Positions 55,901 to 56,449 of a DNA stretch of 56,449 nt are shown here, one piece after another; within the stretch, counting starts at the first letter, position 1, and the number at the start of each line of letters is the position of its first letter. Position numbers and translations under genes: made by a program. The notes under the pieces are model-generated. The model did no database searches. It was not told where the DNA came from and saw only the letters and a program-made list of their open reading frames with translations. Source of the DNA: Planctomycetota bacterium (GTDB taxonomy: Bacteria > Planctomycetota > UBA1135 > GCA-002748355); the NCBI GenBank assembly GCA_024278315.1, contig JAJRTL010000338.1:1-56449 (forward strand), in the 5' to 3' direction.

Positions 55901-56449
55901 ATGTCGAACAGCACCATCCATAAGACCACCAAGAAGCCCGAACAGAATCTCAGGCAAAACGCTGCACAGAAAAGCGCTGACAGGGTTGGCCATCGGGCAC
56001 AAGCCTTGAGTGCCACACAGGTTCAAGCGAAGAGTAGAAGCGAGAAGCTTCGTATGACTGACAGCAACGGCCTTCAGCAAGCCTTCCTCTTTTCTGACGA
56101 TGTGCGCTCCCAGCCAGAATCCAGGCGTCACAAGTCACACCCGCAGGAAACGGCACAGCAGAGGAACACTACCTCGAACCAGAACTCACGAACCTCATCT
56201 CCCAGCAGCCCAAGCAAAAACCCAAGCCAGATCCCAAACCAGAACCCAAACCAGAACCCAAACCAGAACCAGAACCCAAACCAGAACCCAAACCAGAACC
56301 AGAACCAGAACCAGAACCCAAGCCCAAACCCAAACCCAAACCCAACCCAGAAATACAGCTTAGGAGACCCCGTCGAGAGAATGCAGCCCTCGAGACGGAG
56401 TCTTCTTCCCTCCCCAACCGGGCCGGGACAAAAGCGTGGTGACCTCGGC
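55901..56449 (+). CDS. Partial ORF (runs off the window) encoding a polar, N/Q/P-rich low-complexity protein
   Basis: ATG 55901. I read 183 codons to the window end without a stop: MSNSTIHKTTKKPEQNLRQ...SQIPNQNPNQNPNQNQNPNQNPNQNQNQNQNPSPNPNPNPTQKYSLGDPVERMQ... It is absent from the ORF track, probably because it has no stop codon. Coding status is uncertain. Confidence 0.35.
   Translation, partial: MSNSTIHKTTKKPEQNLRQNAAQKSADRVGHRAQALSATQVQAKSRSEKLRMTDSNGLQQAFLFSDDVRSQPESRRHKSHPQETAQQRNTTSNQNSRTSSPSSPSKNPSQIPNQNPNQNPNQNQNPNQNPNQNQNQNQNPSPNPNPNPTQKYSLGDPVERMQPSRRSLLPSPTGPGQKRGDLG
56228..56348 (+). repeat. Hexanucleotide microsatellite (AACCAG / AACCCA units)
   Basis: ccaaaccagaacccaaaccagaacccaaaccagaaccagaaccc... 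The unit length is a multiple of 3. The units encode NQ/NP in the frame of the 55901 ORF. Confidence 0.85.

Noticed and set aside
56169-56417. Minus-strand ORF encoding (GLGS)n across the microsatellite
   Set aside because: This is a mirror reading of the same hexanucleotide repeat. It has no plausible N-terminal domain or start context. The plus-strand frame, open from 55901 to the window end, is the better (still uncertain) coding candidate.

Overview
GC-rich chromosome segment from a diderm bacterium (LpxA, Mla and TolC-like genes are present). I cannot assign a phylum from sequence alone.

Layout:
- About 3.9-20.7 kb, all on the minus strand, is the conserved translation/transcription core: tRNA-Thr/Tyr/Gly/Thr, tuf, tRNA-Trp, secE, nusG, rplK-rplA-rplJ-rplL, rpoB, rpoC, rpsL, rpsG.
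- Housekeeping genes follow: aroC, a CheY-like receiver, mutS2, a Cys/Met PLP enzyme, an HU/IHF-like protein, dtd, trpS, mlaEFD. The right end carries lpxA, hflX and nadB.
- The core is interrupted by a family of structured repeat modules. Each has a long stem that differs between copies but stays complementary, around a conserved ~73-nt loop. The modules bound a ~3.6-kb transposase-carrying element just downstream of rpsG. They also bound two tandem non-autonomous copies between rplK and nusG.
- 35-51.5 kb is a metal-resistance island. It starts with a czcCBA-like HME-RND pump translationally coupled to a P1B ATPase, followed by a non-canonical mercury locus. That locus holds merR plus a small thioredoxin-fold gene, an outer-membrane barrel plus lipoprotein, a CsoR-family repressor, and merA plus a secreted fusion protein.

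Main discovery: two secreted proteins of the mercury locus contain three heavy-metal-associated (HMA/MerP-like) domains. In all three, both metal-ligand cysteine codons are in-frame TGA, six TGA in total, and the reading frames are otherwise continuous. TGA is the ordinary stop codon of many genes here, so global reassignment is excluded. The simplest reading is site-specific selenocysteine insertion, giving U-x2/3-U mercury-binding sites. No canonical merT, merP or merC gene is present. I propose a selenolate-based periplasmic Hg-binding module attached to MerA.

Smaller oddities:
- two in-frame TAG interruptions
- a 38-bp perfect palindrome
- an EF-Tu P-loop D->A change
- a MutS2 without an Smr domain
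- a Trp/Phe-rich repeat lipoprotein in front of mlaEFD
- an N/Q/P-rich hexanucleotide-repeat ORF that runs off the right edge of the window
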